Source of the DNA: an uncultured Nitrososphaerota archaeon | GTDB taxonomy: Archaea; Asgardarchaeota; Njordarchaeia; Njordarchaeales; Panguiarchaeaceae | Assembly: GCA_964636085.1 (NCBI GenBank) | Contig: CAZWPQ010000005.1 | Location: 32,730 to 89,965 of the forward strand | DNA length: 57,236 bases | Direction: 5' to 3' | Notes under the pieces: model-generated | What the model was told of the DNA's origin: nothing | The model's database searches: none | What the model saw: only the letters and a program-made list of their open reading frames with translations | Part shown: positions 20,014 through 28,852 of the stretch, piece after piece | How positions within the stretch are numbered: position 1 is the stretch's first letter | Layout: every line of letters begins with the position of its first letter | Position numbers and translations under genes: made by a program

Positions 20014-20021
20014 ATTATAAA
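20014..20021 (-). promoter_or_regulatory. TATA-like box (TTTATAAT on the minus strand) for the 1746-aa gene
   Basis: Plus-strand attataaa at 20014-20021 lies 33-40 nt upstream of ATG 19981 but only 3-10 nt from the TTG at 20011. Confidence 0.45.
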
Positions 20022-20190
20022 GGTCATTCAAAACATTTCAACACACTAATACTGAATACGATAACTAAACTAGGCTATTATAATTATATGATATAAATAT
20101 TTAAATAGATAGCAAAGAATATTAAACATTCAACATCAGACCTACTCCATAAATTCAAAATATAACTTCCTTCTTGAGTCAGGGTATATA

Positions 20191-20964
20191 TTAGATTGAC
20201 GACTCATGTTCATAAATTTCTCCAAAGCCCTCCAATATGGTACTCATTATGGAGCCAGCCTCCCCCTGTAATACTTTATTGACCTCTCTAGGCGTATCTA
20301 TATCAAGCCAGGGCATCCCAGAGACATCTCCTATCCTAACCCTATAGCCTAGATCTATACAGTGGTTTATGAACGATGAGACGGTAAATTTTTCTTTGGT
20401 CTTGCTCAATCTCTTAAGTACGTCCAAAACACTTTTCTTCATGATAAAGACCCCCGTATCGACATAGTTGAACCTGTGGAGATTTTTTCCTATGTATCTC
20501 ACTATCCCCTTTACGGCCCATATCCTGGTGGCTTCCTCTATATCAATGTATTTTGGTCTAGAATCGGCAGCAATTACTATATCTGATTCATCTAGATAAC
20601 GGAGTAATCTCCTTGGGATTGATGGTGAGTATATATGATCCCCCATTGAGACATAGAACATGTCCCCCTGTACTTCCTTAACCCCTAGGTATAGGCTGTA
20701 CCCATTTTCTCTCTCTGGATTATCATTCACAATAATAAATGATTCAACATTAGCCAATTTCTTGGCTAACGCTTCGGCATACCTTTTTGTCTCTTTTCTT
20801 ACAACTATATAGAACCGCCTAACCCCACAACGATAAAGCGATATAAGAGGAAAATATAACAAACGAATCCTACCCAAAGGAGCAAATGGTTTCGGAATCC
20901 TGTAGTACATACGTAGCCGACTGCCCTCCCCTGCGGCCAGTATTATTCCCTCCCTAACGCGCAT
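20191..20964 (-). CDS. Nucleotidyltransferase (NTP_transferase/MobA-like fold); possibly a cytidylyltransferase of the LicC / inositol-1-phosphate cytidylyltransferase type
   Basis: GIILAAGEGSRL P-loop-like motif, NGYSL and MGDHIYS blocks, and VDTGVFIM..WLDIDTPRE near the C-terminus. Start placed at the internal ATG (MRVREGIILAAG). The track ORF extends to 21018. The substrate assignment is from memory of family motifs only. Confidence 0.7.
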   Translation of the reverse strand: MRVREGIILAAGEGSRLRMYYRIPKPFAPLGRIRLLYFPLISLYRCGVRRFYIVVRKETKRYAEALAKKLANVESFIIVNDNPERENGYSLYLGVKEVQGDMFYVSMGDHIYSPSIPRRLLRYLDESDIVIAADSRPKYIDIEEATRIWAVKGIVRYIGKNLHRFNYVDTGVFIMKKSVLDVLKRLSKTKEKFTVSSFINHCIDLGYRVRIGDVSGMPWLDIDTPREVNKVLQGEAGSIMSTILEGFGEIYEHESSI

Positions 20965-21183
20965 GTCACACACCCTTTGCTTTAGAACTGTTTGATAGTT
21001 TATTGAAGTTGGGAACAATAAGTGTAGGAGAGTCCTATGAAATATTGAAAAAATCTACACTATTTAAAGGTTATCTTTATGCAATCACAGAACATACTGA
21101 TTATATTAATCTCTGCGATGTTAGTTATAGATGCAACGCTTTTTCCTAGATCTCTGTGTGCTACTTGTCTTAATTTTTAAAAA

Positions 21184-21193
21184 ATATATTTAA
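21184..21193 (+). promoter_or_regulatory. TATA-like box upstream of the 21216 ORF, in the divergent intergenic region
   Basis: atatatttaa sits 23-32 nt upstream of ATG 21216, within the AT-rich run ttaatttttaaaaaatatatttaa. Confidence 0.4.
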
Positions 21194-21215
21194 TGATTAA
21201 TCAAGGTGTATAGCA

Positions 21216-21536
21216 ATGTCCACAGAACTGAATGTGGATCCCATTCTTGAGCAAATTAGACGCATACACCCTGGCGATCGAGCCAAATTATCTCCATTCA
21301 TCGACAAATTGCTAACAATGCTTGATTCATATTTAGAAGAAAACAAACCTCTCGATGAGGACAAAATGATAACCTTTGCCCAGCAATTAGAAAAAATAAA
21401 TGAAACATCCTATTACGTATATAATGAGCTTCGTGCAAGGACGAAATTCCCCAATGTTTTTGATAGGGCCTTGTCCCTACTTAGATGGCGAAGACTAAAT
21501 AAAAGATTGGGTGGAAGATTACCCAGGATGAAATAA
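21216..21536 (+). CDS. Hypothetical small helical protein (106 aa)
   Basis: ATG start preceded by a TATA-like box. Non-repetitive, charged, helical-looking sequence. The 3' end overlaps the convergent tatD-like gene by 18 nt. No family recognised. Confidence 0.5.
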   Translation: MSTELNVDPILEQIRRIHPGDRAKLSPFIDKLLTMLDSYLEENKPLDEDKMITFAQQLEKINETSYYVYNELRARTKFPNVFDRALSLLRWRRLNKRLGGRLPRMK

Positions 21537-22256
21537 CTCGCCCATAATCTTTTTTAGATTTTCATATATCGATTTCCTAACTCTTTTTCTTGAGACCCCC
21601 TTGGTCTTAGCTATAAAACCAACCAGACCTGGAATGTCTGCAGGAGTGAGAAATTTCCCCCTGTACTTATATGGCCCGTCGCTCTCCGTCAATATCATGG
21701 ATAAGGGAGCTCTCCTCAATACATTCATGTGTTTTTCTTGAAAAACCACGCAAGGATTTATCGTTATGTAGTACCCCTTAGACTCCATATCACTCAATAA
21801 TTCTGTAGGACCAGAATACCAATGGAATATAGCCTTCCTTATGTCATACTTAACAACAATCTCAAACACTTCCCTCCACGCCCCCCTAGCATGCAAGTTT
21901 ATCGGTACATCGTACTCGCTTGCAACCTCTAAAAATCTTTCCAGAAAATCAAGCTGTTTTTCCATACCGCCTATTTTACCATCAAGACCGACCTCACCAA
22001 AACCCTTAGCCTCCTTTACAAGTTCTACAATATCTTGGAGTTCCTTGTAGGATGTTTTCTTAACTAGCCAAGGATGTACACCAACCATAGGTATTACATT
22101 TGGGGCTTCTTTGCTCATCCTAATAACGATCTTTGATGTCTCAAGATCTTCCGATACACCAACTATGACCATTTGCCTACATATCTTCCTCAGTCTATCA
22201 ATACTGATATTATATACGTGACAATGAGCATCCACATAAGGTATCTTAAGTCGCAA
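21519..22256 (-). CDS. tatD: TatD-family metal-dependent hydrolase/DNase
   Basis: VDAHCHV N-terminal metal-ligand motif, ..INLHARGAW.., FHWYSG, ..TESDGP... 245 aa, TTG start. Confidence 0.85.
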   Translation of the reverse strand: MRLKIPYVDAHCHVYNISIDRLRKICRQMVIVGVSEDLETSKIVIRMSKEAPNVIPMVGVHPWLVKKTSYKELQDIVELVKEAKGFGEVGLDGKIGGMEKQLDFLERFLEVASEYDVPINLHARGAWREVFEIVVKYDIRKAIFHWYSGPTELLSDMESKGYYITINPCVVFQEKHMNVLRRAPLSMILTESDGPYKYRGKFLTPADIPGLVGFIAKTKGVSRKRVRKSIYENLKKIMGELFHPG

Positions 22257-22275
22257 CTCTCCACACTCTATACAT

Positions 22276-22587
22276 CTAAGAGATCCTCTCTAATACCGCC
22301 TTAACCTTATCGCTTGGAGACTCACGAATCTTATCGTGGCGTGCATCAATATTTACCTCAATAACAATCCTATCTAGCCCCTCATTCCTCAGCGCATTGT
22401 GAGATATTTTTATTGCCCTCAATACCTCATCAAGATTATCAGAATATATCACGGTAGACATTGGAGTAAGCTCATGATTTATCCTGTTTTCCTTTAGAGC
22501 CTTTATCACCAAAGCAACATACCTCGAGAGACTTGTGGATTTTGTCCCAATAGGAATCACGGTTAAGGAAGCTATATACTTAGCCAT
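22276..22587 (-). CDS. MTH1187/YkoF-like (DUF77) small thiamine-binding-fold protein
   Basis: About 100 aa. LTVIPIGTKSTSLSRYVA...L..HELTPMSTVI...LDEV is the typical pattern for this family. Confidence 0.7.
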   Translation of the reverse strand: MAKYIASLTVIPIGTKSTSLSRYVALVIKALKENRINHELTPMSTVIYSDNLDEVLRAIKISHNALRNEGLDRIVIEVNIDARHDKIRESPSDKVKAVLERIS

Positions 22588-22678
22588 ATCATCACCATCT
22601 CTTCTATTGTTTAAGCATAATTTTCAATAATTATAGTTGACCACAATAATTTTCACCAGAAATAATCCGATGTTATGA

Positions 22679-23953
22679 ATGTTCATAGAGGAACTCGCTG
22701 CAAAACACCTACGCAAATTCCTCAAAATAATGGATAGGATAGGTCTAAGAATATATACATATAGACTAAAACTCCGGACAAAGACAAAGAAGAGATTATC
22801 CAATATTTTGTTTAATGTAGTTACCTACCTAGATTTGATTGATTGGATCATCGAACAAATCGATGTTCGATGCGAGGTAGATAGGGACTTGCTTAGAGTT
22901 TTAACATATAGAACTGCTATAGAGAACAATTACGAAGTATTACAGAGATGGAAAACACTAGATACCATACCAATTGAACAGTTAAGATTAGAGTCTATAA
23001 ATGCCCTAAAGTACTTGGATCAACTACCGTTAATCAAAAGAATAGCACTTAAGTATTCCTATCCTGAGTTTTTTGTACGAAGACTCAGCAAATTCCTAGG
23101 GACCGAGGAATTGATAAAATTATTGGCTACCATGAACACTAGGCCTAAGTATACTTGGCTATGTGTAAATACTGCTAGATATGAGAGGGATGATGTTATT
23201 TCTATCCTTGAGTCAGAGGGATTCATGGTTAGGGAGGATGAGGATTTTGACGATGTGATTAGGGTGGAATCTAAACCGAAGCGCATTGAGAAAAGCATTG
23301 CTTATAAGAGGGGAATGTTCATAATTGCGGATAAGGCATCCGTTGCTTGTACACATGTGTTAAAACCACAGGATGGAGACACAATACTGGATATGTGTGC
23401 TGCCCCTGGCATAAAGCTTCTATGCACAGCATTTAAGATGAATCATGGTAGAATTATTGCTGTGGATATATCTAAAAGTAGGATGAAGCGACTATTAAAA
23501 ATCACTAGGAGATATAGCATCCCCAGGGAAATACGCATAGAGACTCATGTTATGGATTCCCGAAGGCTTAATAGAGACATTGTTAATAATGCAGATAAGA
23601 TAATAATCGATGCGGAGTGCTCTAGCACTGGGCTTATAGCGAAATCTCCAGACGTAAAATTGAGGATAAAAAGAGAAAGGATCAAAGAGTTGAGTACATT
23701 ACAATGCCAATTACTATTGAAGGGACTCTCTCTAGGAGAGGGACTTAATACAAAATATATTGTCTATTCTGTCTGTTCTCTGCTCCCCGAGGAGGGGGAA
23801 TTTGTGGTTTTGCATGCCAGAAATCATACTAGATATAGGGTCTCTAGACTCGACATAGCATCTCCAGCCTACCTAGATGGAACTGGAAGAAGATTCTTCC
23901 CCCATAAACATGGCACAATAGGGCTTTTCGTTGCACGTTTCGAGGATATATAG
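22679..23953 (+). CDS. RsmB/NOP2/Sun-family RNA (cytosine-C5)-methyltransferase
   Basis: SAM motif LDMCAAPGIK, catalytic Cys motifs IIDAECSSTG and VYSVCSLLPEEGE, and an N-terminal RNA-binding-type extension. Confidence 0.85.
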   Translation: MFIEELAAKHLRKFLKIMDRIGLRIYTYRLKLRTKTKKRLSNILFNVVTYLDLIDWIIEQIDVRCEVDRDLLRVLTYRTAIENNYEVLQRWKTLDTIPIEQLRLESINALKYLDQLPLIKRIALKYSYPEFFVRRLSKFLGTEELIKLLATMNTRPKYTWLCVNTARYERDDVISILESEGFMVREDEDFDDVIRVESKPKRIEKSIAYKRGMFIIADKASVACTHVLKPQDGDTILDMCAAPGIKLLCTAFKMNHGRIIAVDISKSRMKRLLKITRRYSIPREIRIETHVMDSRRLNRDIVNNADKIIIDAECSSTGLIAKSPDVKLRIKRERIKELSTLQCQLLLKGLSLGEGLNTKYIVYSVCSLLPEEGEFVVLHARNHTRYRVSRLDIASPAYLDGTGRRFFPHKHGTIGLFVARFEDI

Positions 23954-24153
23954 TAACATCTTCACATTTCGACAAGGTTATTACGAAAAAACGCAGCTTC
24001 TATTGTTATTCGTTATGGATAAGCATTTAGTTATGATTATAACATAGGGTCACAATAATACTAATGAACCTAAAATTAACATGCTCTTGGATTAAAATAT
24101 TAGAATGGATTTTAAAACTAAATTTTAAGAACTCTATTTCTGGGTGGTTTAAA

Positions 24154-24534
24154 ATGGGAAGCATACGCATCGCCGTTCCCTCCGACGGAGATAATTTCGA
24201 TGTTGCGAATGTATATGAACACTTCGGCAGAGCCCCATATTATTTATTGATCGACATCGAAAGCGGTAGGGTAAAACATGTAGAGCCAATCCGTAACCCC
24301 GCCATTGAGCACAGCCCTGGCACAATACCTGAGCTCCTAAAGAAATATGAAGTAAATATAGTCATATGCATGGGAATGGGGAGACGGGCCCGCATGTTCT
24401 TTGAGGAGTTTGGAATACAGATAATTACGGGAGCTCGTGGGAGAATAGCGGAAATAATCAATCAATTTTTGGAGGGAAAATTGGAGAGTGTTCCCTATAC
24501 CCCAAAGGAAAAATGGAGAGAAAAAATAAGGTAG
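24154..24534 (+). CDS. NifX/NifB-C-terminal-like (dinitrogenase Fe-Mo cofactor biosynthesis domain) small protein
   Basis: MGSIRIAVPSDGD...HFGRAPYYLLIDIE...GTIPELLKKYEVNIVICMGMGRRA...GIQII. Start placed at internal ATG 24154. The upstream part of the track ORF (from 24064) is AT-rich promoter-like sequence. Confidence 0.7.
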   Translation: MGSIRIAVPSDGDNFDVANVYEHFGRAPYYLLIDIESGRVKHVEPIRNPAIEHSPGTIPELLKKYEVNIVICMGMGRRARMFFEEFGIQIITGARGRIAEIINQFLEGKLESVPYTPKEKWREKIR

Positions 24535-24580
24535 ATAAAATCAATGAATCTCTACAGATTTTTCTCTATCAATTTTTTAC

Positions 24581-25936
24581 TTATCCTCCAAGCCCCACTA
24601 CTTGTAGGTTCCTAAATCTTATTGCCGGTAGGAGTATTGCCCCTATTTGCTCGCGTTTTTTCGCTATTCCAGTTATGTTGTTTAATGCTTTATATAGATT
24701 CCCGATTAGGAGAGCATGTTTTATTGGTTGTTTTTTCTCCCCCTCCTCTATCATGATTGCACTTCTGATTTCCATCCCAAAGTTTCCAGTTATAAAATCC
24801 ACATTCGGTATTGCAAACTTCTCTACTACGAGTCCCTTGTCCATCTCTGCCATCAATGTATCTAGATCCTTATTTCCAGGAGTAATCTCTATGTTTGATG
24901 GTGCTGTTCCTGCTGGAGCCTTATGAGTTCCCTCTATTGTCCTTGTTCCCCTCCTGAAGCCATTTCCTCTAGGCTCAACCTTTGCTATTCTTGCATTATA
25001 ATAGTCGAATAGATAATTCTTCAGTACCCCCTTCTCGATTATTGGTTTCCTAGTTGTTGGGACTCCTTCATCGTCGGCTAGTGCACTCTTTAGCCCATAC
25101 TTCATTCTACCGTCATCAATCATTGTGAAGCTCTCTTCTGCGACCTTCTCCCCAATTTTCCCGATCCAAGGGCTTCTATGTCTATTTATATTCTCCCCGT
25201 TTACTGCCACCAATATTGCTGTTAGCATCCCCGCTAGTTCCATGGGTTCAACAATTACATCCAGTGTCTCCATCCCCGTATATGGCTTTGCTCTCGACGC
25301 TAATATAGTTTTTTCATGTAGCTCTACACCAGCATTTTCCCAGTCAATCCCATTCAGCATTGTTGAGTATCTCTTTATTATTCCCTCCCCCATCTCCTTC
25401 TTTGCTAGAAAGTGGACAAATATGTTTGTTCCTTTATGGGTATAGTCAACCCCTAGCGAATTCATTACTTGGAATTCGAATATGTTTATTCTTATCAGCC
25501 CCTTCATGACTCTTACATCATCCTTCTCTGCGTTCTCTATGATCATATTTGCATAACTGGCTAAGCCTTCTGAATCGATATTTTCGGCCTCCTCATCATA
25601 TACCCCCTCTACATGACCAGTTATACTCTTCGGTTCTGGTAGCGACTCAAATTTTTCGTCCTCTGGAGCAATCCTCGCTATCCTTATCCCATCCCTTATA
25701 AGTTTCTTCAGATCCTCATCATTCCTATATATCCCCGAGATGAAGCCAACGCGTTTCCCAATTACCGACTTTATACCTACCCCTATCCACGTATTATATG
25801 TTACTATGCTTGGTTTCCCCGCCTCTACGTATAGATTTACCATCTTGCCATTAATCACGAAACCCTCTATCTGGTCGGCCCCCTCCTTCTCACCTATCTC
25901 AATTATTTTTCTGCACACCTCCCCAAGCATAACCAT
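24581..25936 (-). CDS. pmbA: PmbA/TldE-family metalloprotease subunit
   Basis: PmbA_TldD-family length and C-terminal ..AIRFRNLQVVGLGG. ATG 25936 lies directly after the tldD stop (TAG 25941-25939) and is preceded by the SD-like GGGGGTGGAT. The track ORF start at 26023 would overlap tldD by 85 nt. Confidence 0.85.
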   Translation of the reverse strand: MVMLGEVCRKIIEIGEKEGADQIEGFVINGKMVNLYVEAGKPSIVTYNTWIGVGIKSVIGKRVGFISGIYRNDEDLKKLIRDGIRIARIAPEDEKFESLPEPKSITGHVEGVYDEEAENIDSEGLASYANMIIENAEKDDVRVMKGLIRINIFEFQVMNSLGVDYTHKGTNIFVHFLAKKEMGEGIIKRYSTMLNGIDWENAGVELHEKTILASRAKPYTGMETLDVIVEPMELAGMLTAILVAVNGENINRHRSPWIGKIGEKVAEESFTMIDDGRMKYGLKSALADDEGVPTTRKPIIEKGVLKNYLFDYYNARIAKVEPRGNGFRRGTRTIEGTHKAPAGTAPSNIEITPGNKDLDTLMAEMDKGLVVEKFAIPNVDFITGNFGMEIRSAIMIEEGEKKQPIKHALLIGNLYKALNNITGIAKKREQIGAILLPAIRFRNLQVVGLGG

Positions 25937-25938
25937 TC

Positions 25939-27318
25939 CTATCCACCCCCAACCAAGATTTTGGCACGCATATATGGGCCTCCGACCCCCACATATACCA
26001 TGTCTTCTTCTCCCTTCCCACACTGTCCCCCATGAAGCCTAAACTCTTTGCTTGTAGCATTGACCGTTTTTAGTATCTCCAAGGCTTTCCCCGTCAATGT
26101 AAATCCCCTCACAATATGCTGCTTTTCTCCATTCTTTATTAGGTACCCTCTTAACACCCTACATTCAAATCCACCACCAACAGGATCCTCCATACCGCCC
26201 AGCATATCTAGGGCAAGGAGCCCCTCTTTGGTATCCTCGATTATTTCATCAAGCGACCATTCTCCAGGCTCAAAGAATGTATTGGTCATCCTCACAAATA
26301 CCCTCCTATTAAAGTCTTGGGCTCTTCCATTTCCCGTTGGTTTTTTATTCATAATCGCAGCAGTCTCTAAACTATGCATGTATCCCCTATATATCCCCTT
26401 CTCGATTATAACTGTTCTTGATGATGGAGTCCCCTCACTATCGAAAGGTATCATCCCATTCCCCCCATTTATGGTTCCATCATCAACCATGGTGACCAAT
26501 TCCGAACCAACCTCTTTGCCAACAACACCAGTTAAAAAGCTTCTAGCCTTGATTATCTCGTCCGCTTCCGAAGCATGACCCATGACTTCATGAGCCAATA
26601 CACCAGAGACACTTGGATCCATTATCACATCCATTAGCCCACTTGGGGGCTTTTTTGCGGATAACAATTCTATTGCCTTCATCGCTACATTTTTACCCTC
26701 TTCCTCCAAGTCCATGTTTTTGACTAATTCAAACCCATATGTACCATCCTTAATTGTGTATGCATACTGCATTTTTTCAGCCTTCCTCGCAACGGCATAC
26801 CCAACAATTCTCGTCCTTACCTCTTCCCATGATATGTCTCCACCCTGCGAGTTTACCAGATGAATACTCAGTATAGACTCAGAGTATAAAGAGTTGGAAT
26901 TGATGATTCTCTTGTCTGCATCCCTCTGGGCCCTATCTAGAACCATTACTGCATCTATCTTATCCTCAAGATCTACATCCATAGGGTTTATTCGGATTGG
27001 CGCCTTCATCTTCATACTCCTTGTTGTTGCATCTAGTTCCAGCTTTCCTTTTCCGTAGGCACTTAGTTTTTCTGTATTTTTGTATGCCCTTTCTGCGGCA
27101 GATTTGAGAGAATCCCAAGTTAGCTCAGTTGTGGATGCATATCCCCAAACACCATTTATCATCACTCTTATCGAGACACCCTCCGCCTTGTCTATGTTTA
27201 TATATCTCAGCTCTCCATTAACAACCCCAATCCCGCACCCATATCTCCGTTCGAGTCTAACATCACAGAAATCAACATTCTTACCTAATAGGTACTCGAC
27301 TATATCCTCGATTTTCAT
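25939..27318 (-). CDS. tldD: TldD-family Zn metalloprotease
   Basis: HExxxH motif in VLAHEVMGHASEAD, the GGMEDPVGGGF block, and the C-terminal MRAKILVGGG. Confidence 0.9.
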   Translation of the reverse strand: MKIEDIVEYLLGKNVDFCDVRLERRYGCGIGVVNGELRYINIDKAEGVSIRVMINGVWGYASTTELTWDSLKSAAERAYKNTEKLSAYGKGKLELDATTRSMKMKAPIRINPMDVDLEDKIDAVMVLDRAQRDADKRIINSNSLYSESILSIHLVNSQGGDISWEEVRTRIVGYAVARKAEKMQYAYTIKDGTYGFELVKNMDLEEEGKNVAMKAIELLSAKKPPSGLMDVIMDPSVSGVLAHEVMGHASEADEIIKARSFLTGVVGKEVGSELVTMVDDGTINGGNGMIPFDSEGTPSSRTVIIEKGIYRGYMHSLETAAIMNKKPTGNGRAQDFNRRVFVRMTNTFFEPGEWSLDEIIEDTKEGLLALDMLGGMEDPVGGGFECRVLRGYLIKNGEKQHIVRGFTLTGKALEILKTVNATSKEFRLHGGQCGKGEEDMVYVGVGGPYMRAKILVGGG

Positions 27319-27689
27319 GCAGACACCAATAAGTCATTTCTCATAAATAAGTTAAATATTATGTGAAGCCTCCACCACGGGGCTTTAGATATAACCTTCT
27401 ATCAATAGTATCTTGCTAGAACAGACTCAAGAATCCCTTGGAAATTATTTGTACTAATTAATACACTTTTCATCTTTCTCAGTTGTTGCTTAATAAATTG
27501 TTCATCACCGATACTCTCGAAAAATCTTTGACCTTCATTGAATCTGGACGGTAATAAGGGTCGTCTTCTATTACTATTTTATAGACAAATAAGCTGCATG
27601 CAATGTAATGAATAACAATATATAGGGTTCCCCAGATGATCAATTCAAATATAGAGAGGGAGCACAAAAGCAGAATGAGTGTCTTGTTG

Positions 27690-27933
27690 CTATTTTTTAT
27701 AGGCTTTTCTCCTATGTCCGATGTCTAAGACGACTAGTTCTTTTCTTTCTGGAATTATTGTATAAAAAACCCTATAGATTCCTATCCTGAGCCTCCAGTA
27801 GTTCCTGCCCATGATTAAAAGGTTTTTTAGCTATTATTTTTATGAAGTCTAAAATTCTCTTTGCATATTCCCTTGGAATCCTCTTTATTTTCTTAACCGC
27901 ATTCTTGTGGAAACTAATCCTCAGAACCGACAA
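27690..27933 (-). pseudogene. relE: RelE/ParE-family toxin interrupted by a single frameshift
   Basis: Own translation. Frame A reads ..LRISFHKNAVKKIKRIPREYAKRILDFIKIIAKKPFNHGQELL.. and stops after ..QDRNL. Frame B reads MGRNYWRLRIGIYRVFYTIIPERKELVVLDIGHRRKAYKK and stops at 27692-27690. Together they form a complete RelE/ParE core (..RLRIGxYRVxY..V..IxHRxxxY). The 5' end overlaps the stop of the upstream antitoxin ORF. Confidence 0.75.
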
Positions 27934-28126
27934 TTTTCTCAACTTCTTCTATGGGGATAAGGTCTTTCCCTTCCTTAGCATCCCTGTAGAGCTCGTCGAG
28001 AAATCTAAGATATTTCTTTGGTAGTTTAATCTCAAGTAGTATAGCCTCTATTCTGGATATCCTTCTTTCTATATCAACAAGCTTTTTATAGATGACTTCT
28101 AGCGAGACTCCAGACATACATAACAC
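27914..28126 (-). CDS. Putative antitoxin (small helical protein) of the RelE-like module
   Basis: 70-aa ORF (GVSLEVIYKKLVDIERRISRIEAILLEIKLPKKYLRFLDELYRDAKEGK...) directly upstream of the RelE-like remnant and overlapping it. A TATA-like ATTTTATATT (minus strand, 28152-28161) lies 26-35 nt upstream of the GTG at 28126. The call rests mainly on position. Confidence 0.55.
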   Translation of the reverse strand: MLCMSGVSLEVIYKKLVDIERRISRIEAILLEIKLPKKYLRFLDELYRDAKEGKDLIPIEEVEKIVGSED

Positions 28127-28291
28127 CGAATATAAACGATATACTTAAAGTAATATAAAATACACAATTTGCTTTTACGGTGCCCCAACACAAGATTTGC
28201 AGGGCAATTCATATTGAAAAAATTTTTGTGGAGAAAATCCCCGTTTTGTCTGAGTGAACATTTTAAAAATTGGAAAGATGATACTAATCCT

Positions 28292-28852
28292 CTATCCGAA
28301 GTCGAGATGTATTTTGCTAGGTGTTGGACCCCTCTGCCCGATATATTTGCTGGATCTTCTTTTATTGTATGGCGTCTCAGATGGTTTGTCCTGCATGAAG
28401 AATGCTAGCTGCGCTATCTTCATTCTTGGGTATAGTTTTACTGGGACGATGTTTATGTTGCTCATTTCAAGTGTTAGTTGGCCCTCGAATCCGGCATCTA
28501 TAAAGCCTCCTGTGGAATGGACTATTACTCCAAGTCTTGCTATGGATGATCTCCCCTCTATTCTTCCGCTGATGTAAGGCGGTAATTTTATATATTCTAG
28601 TGTCGTCGCTATCACGAACTGTCCTGGATGGAGAATTAGTGCTTGTCCATCCTCTATTCTCACTCTTTCTACATAACCGTCAATAGGTTTCGTTGGATCT
28701 ATTGCCTCAATCCTCATTCTATCAAAAAATAGGAATTCATGCCCCAGCCTAATATCTAGTGATGATGGTCCCACAAGATCCTCGTCAAAAGGCCTAACTA
28801 CGAGCTCGCCCCTCTTAATCAGCTCTTTTATCGTCTTATCCGAGAGCAACAT
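28292..28852 (-). CDS. dcd: dCTP deaminase (possibly the bifunctional dCTP deaminase/dUTPase type seen in archaea)
   Basis: MLLSDKTIKELI...PSSLDIRLG...GFIDAGFEGQLTLEMSN, 186 aa. Its ATG overlaps the nrdD stop (TAATG). Confidence 0.9.
   Translation of the reverse strand: MLLSDKTIKELIKRGELVVRPFDEDLVGPSSLDIRLGHEFLFFDRMRIEAIDPTKPIDGYVERVRIEDGQALILHPGQFVIATTLEYIKLPPYISGRIEGRSSIARLGVIVHSTGGFIDAGFEGQLTLEMSNINIVPVKLYPRMKIAQLAFFMQDKPSETPYNKRRSSKYIGQRGPTPSKIHLDFG

Noticed and set aside
25937-26023. N-terminal extension of the pmbA ORF overlapping tldD by 85 nt (MWEGRRRHGICGGRRPIYACQNLGWGWIG)
   Set aside because: The extension is the out-of-frame read-through of the tldD C-terminus. ATG 25936 directly follows the tldD stop, has an SD-like GGGGGTGGAT upstream, and begins the conserved PmbA sequence.
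27479-27667. 62-aa minus-strand ORF (TTG start) between the RelE remnant and tldD, and the 86-aa ORF at 56854..57114
   Set aside because: Both are hydrophobic, Cys/Phe-rich translations of AT-rich spacer with no motif, and the first lacks an ATG start. They could be small membrane proteins, but I cannot support them from sequence alone.
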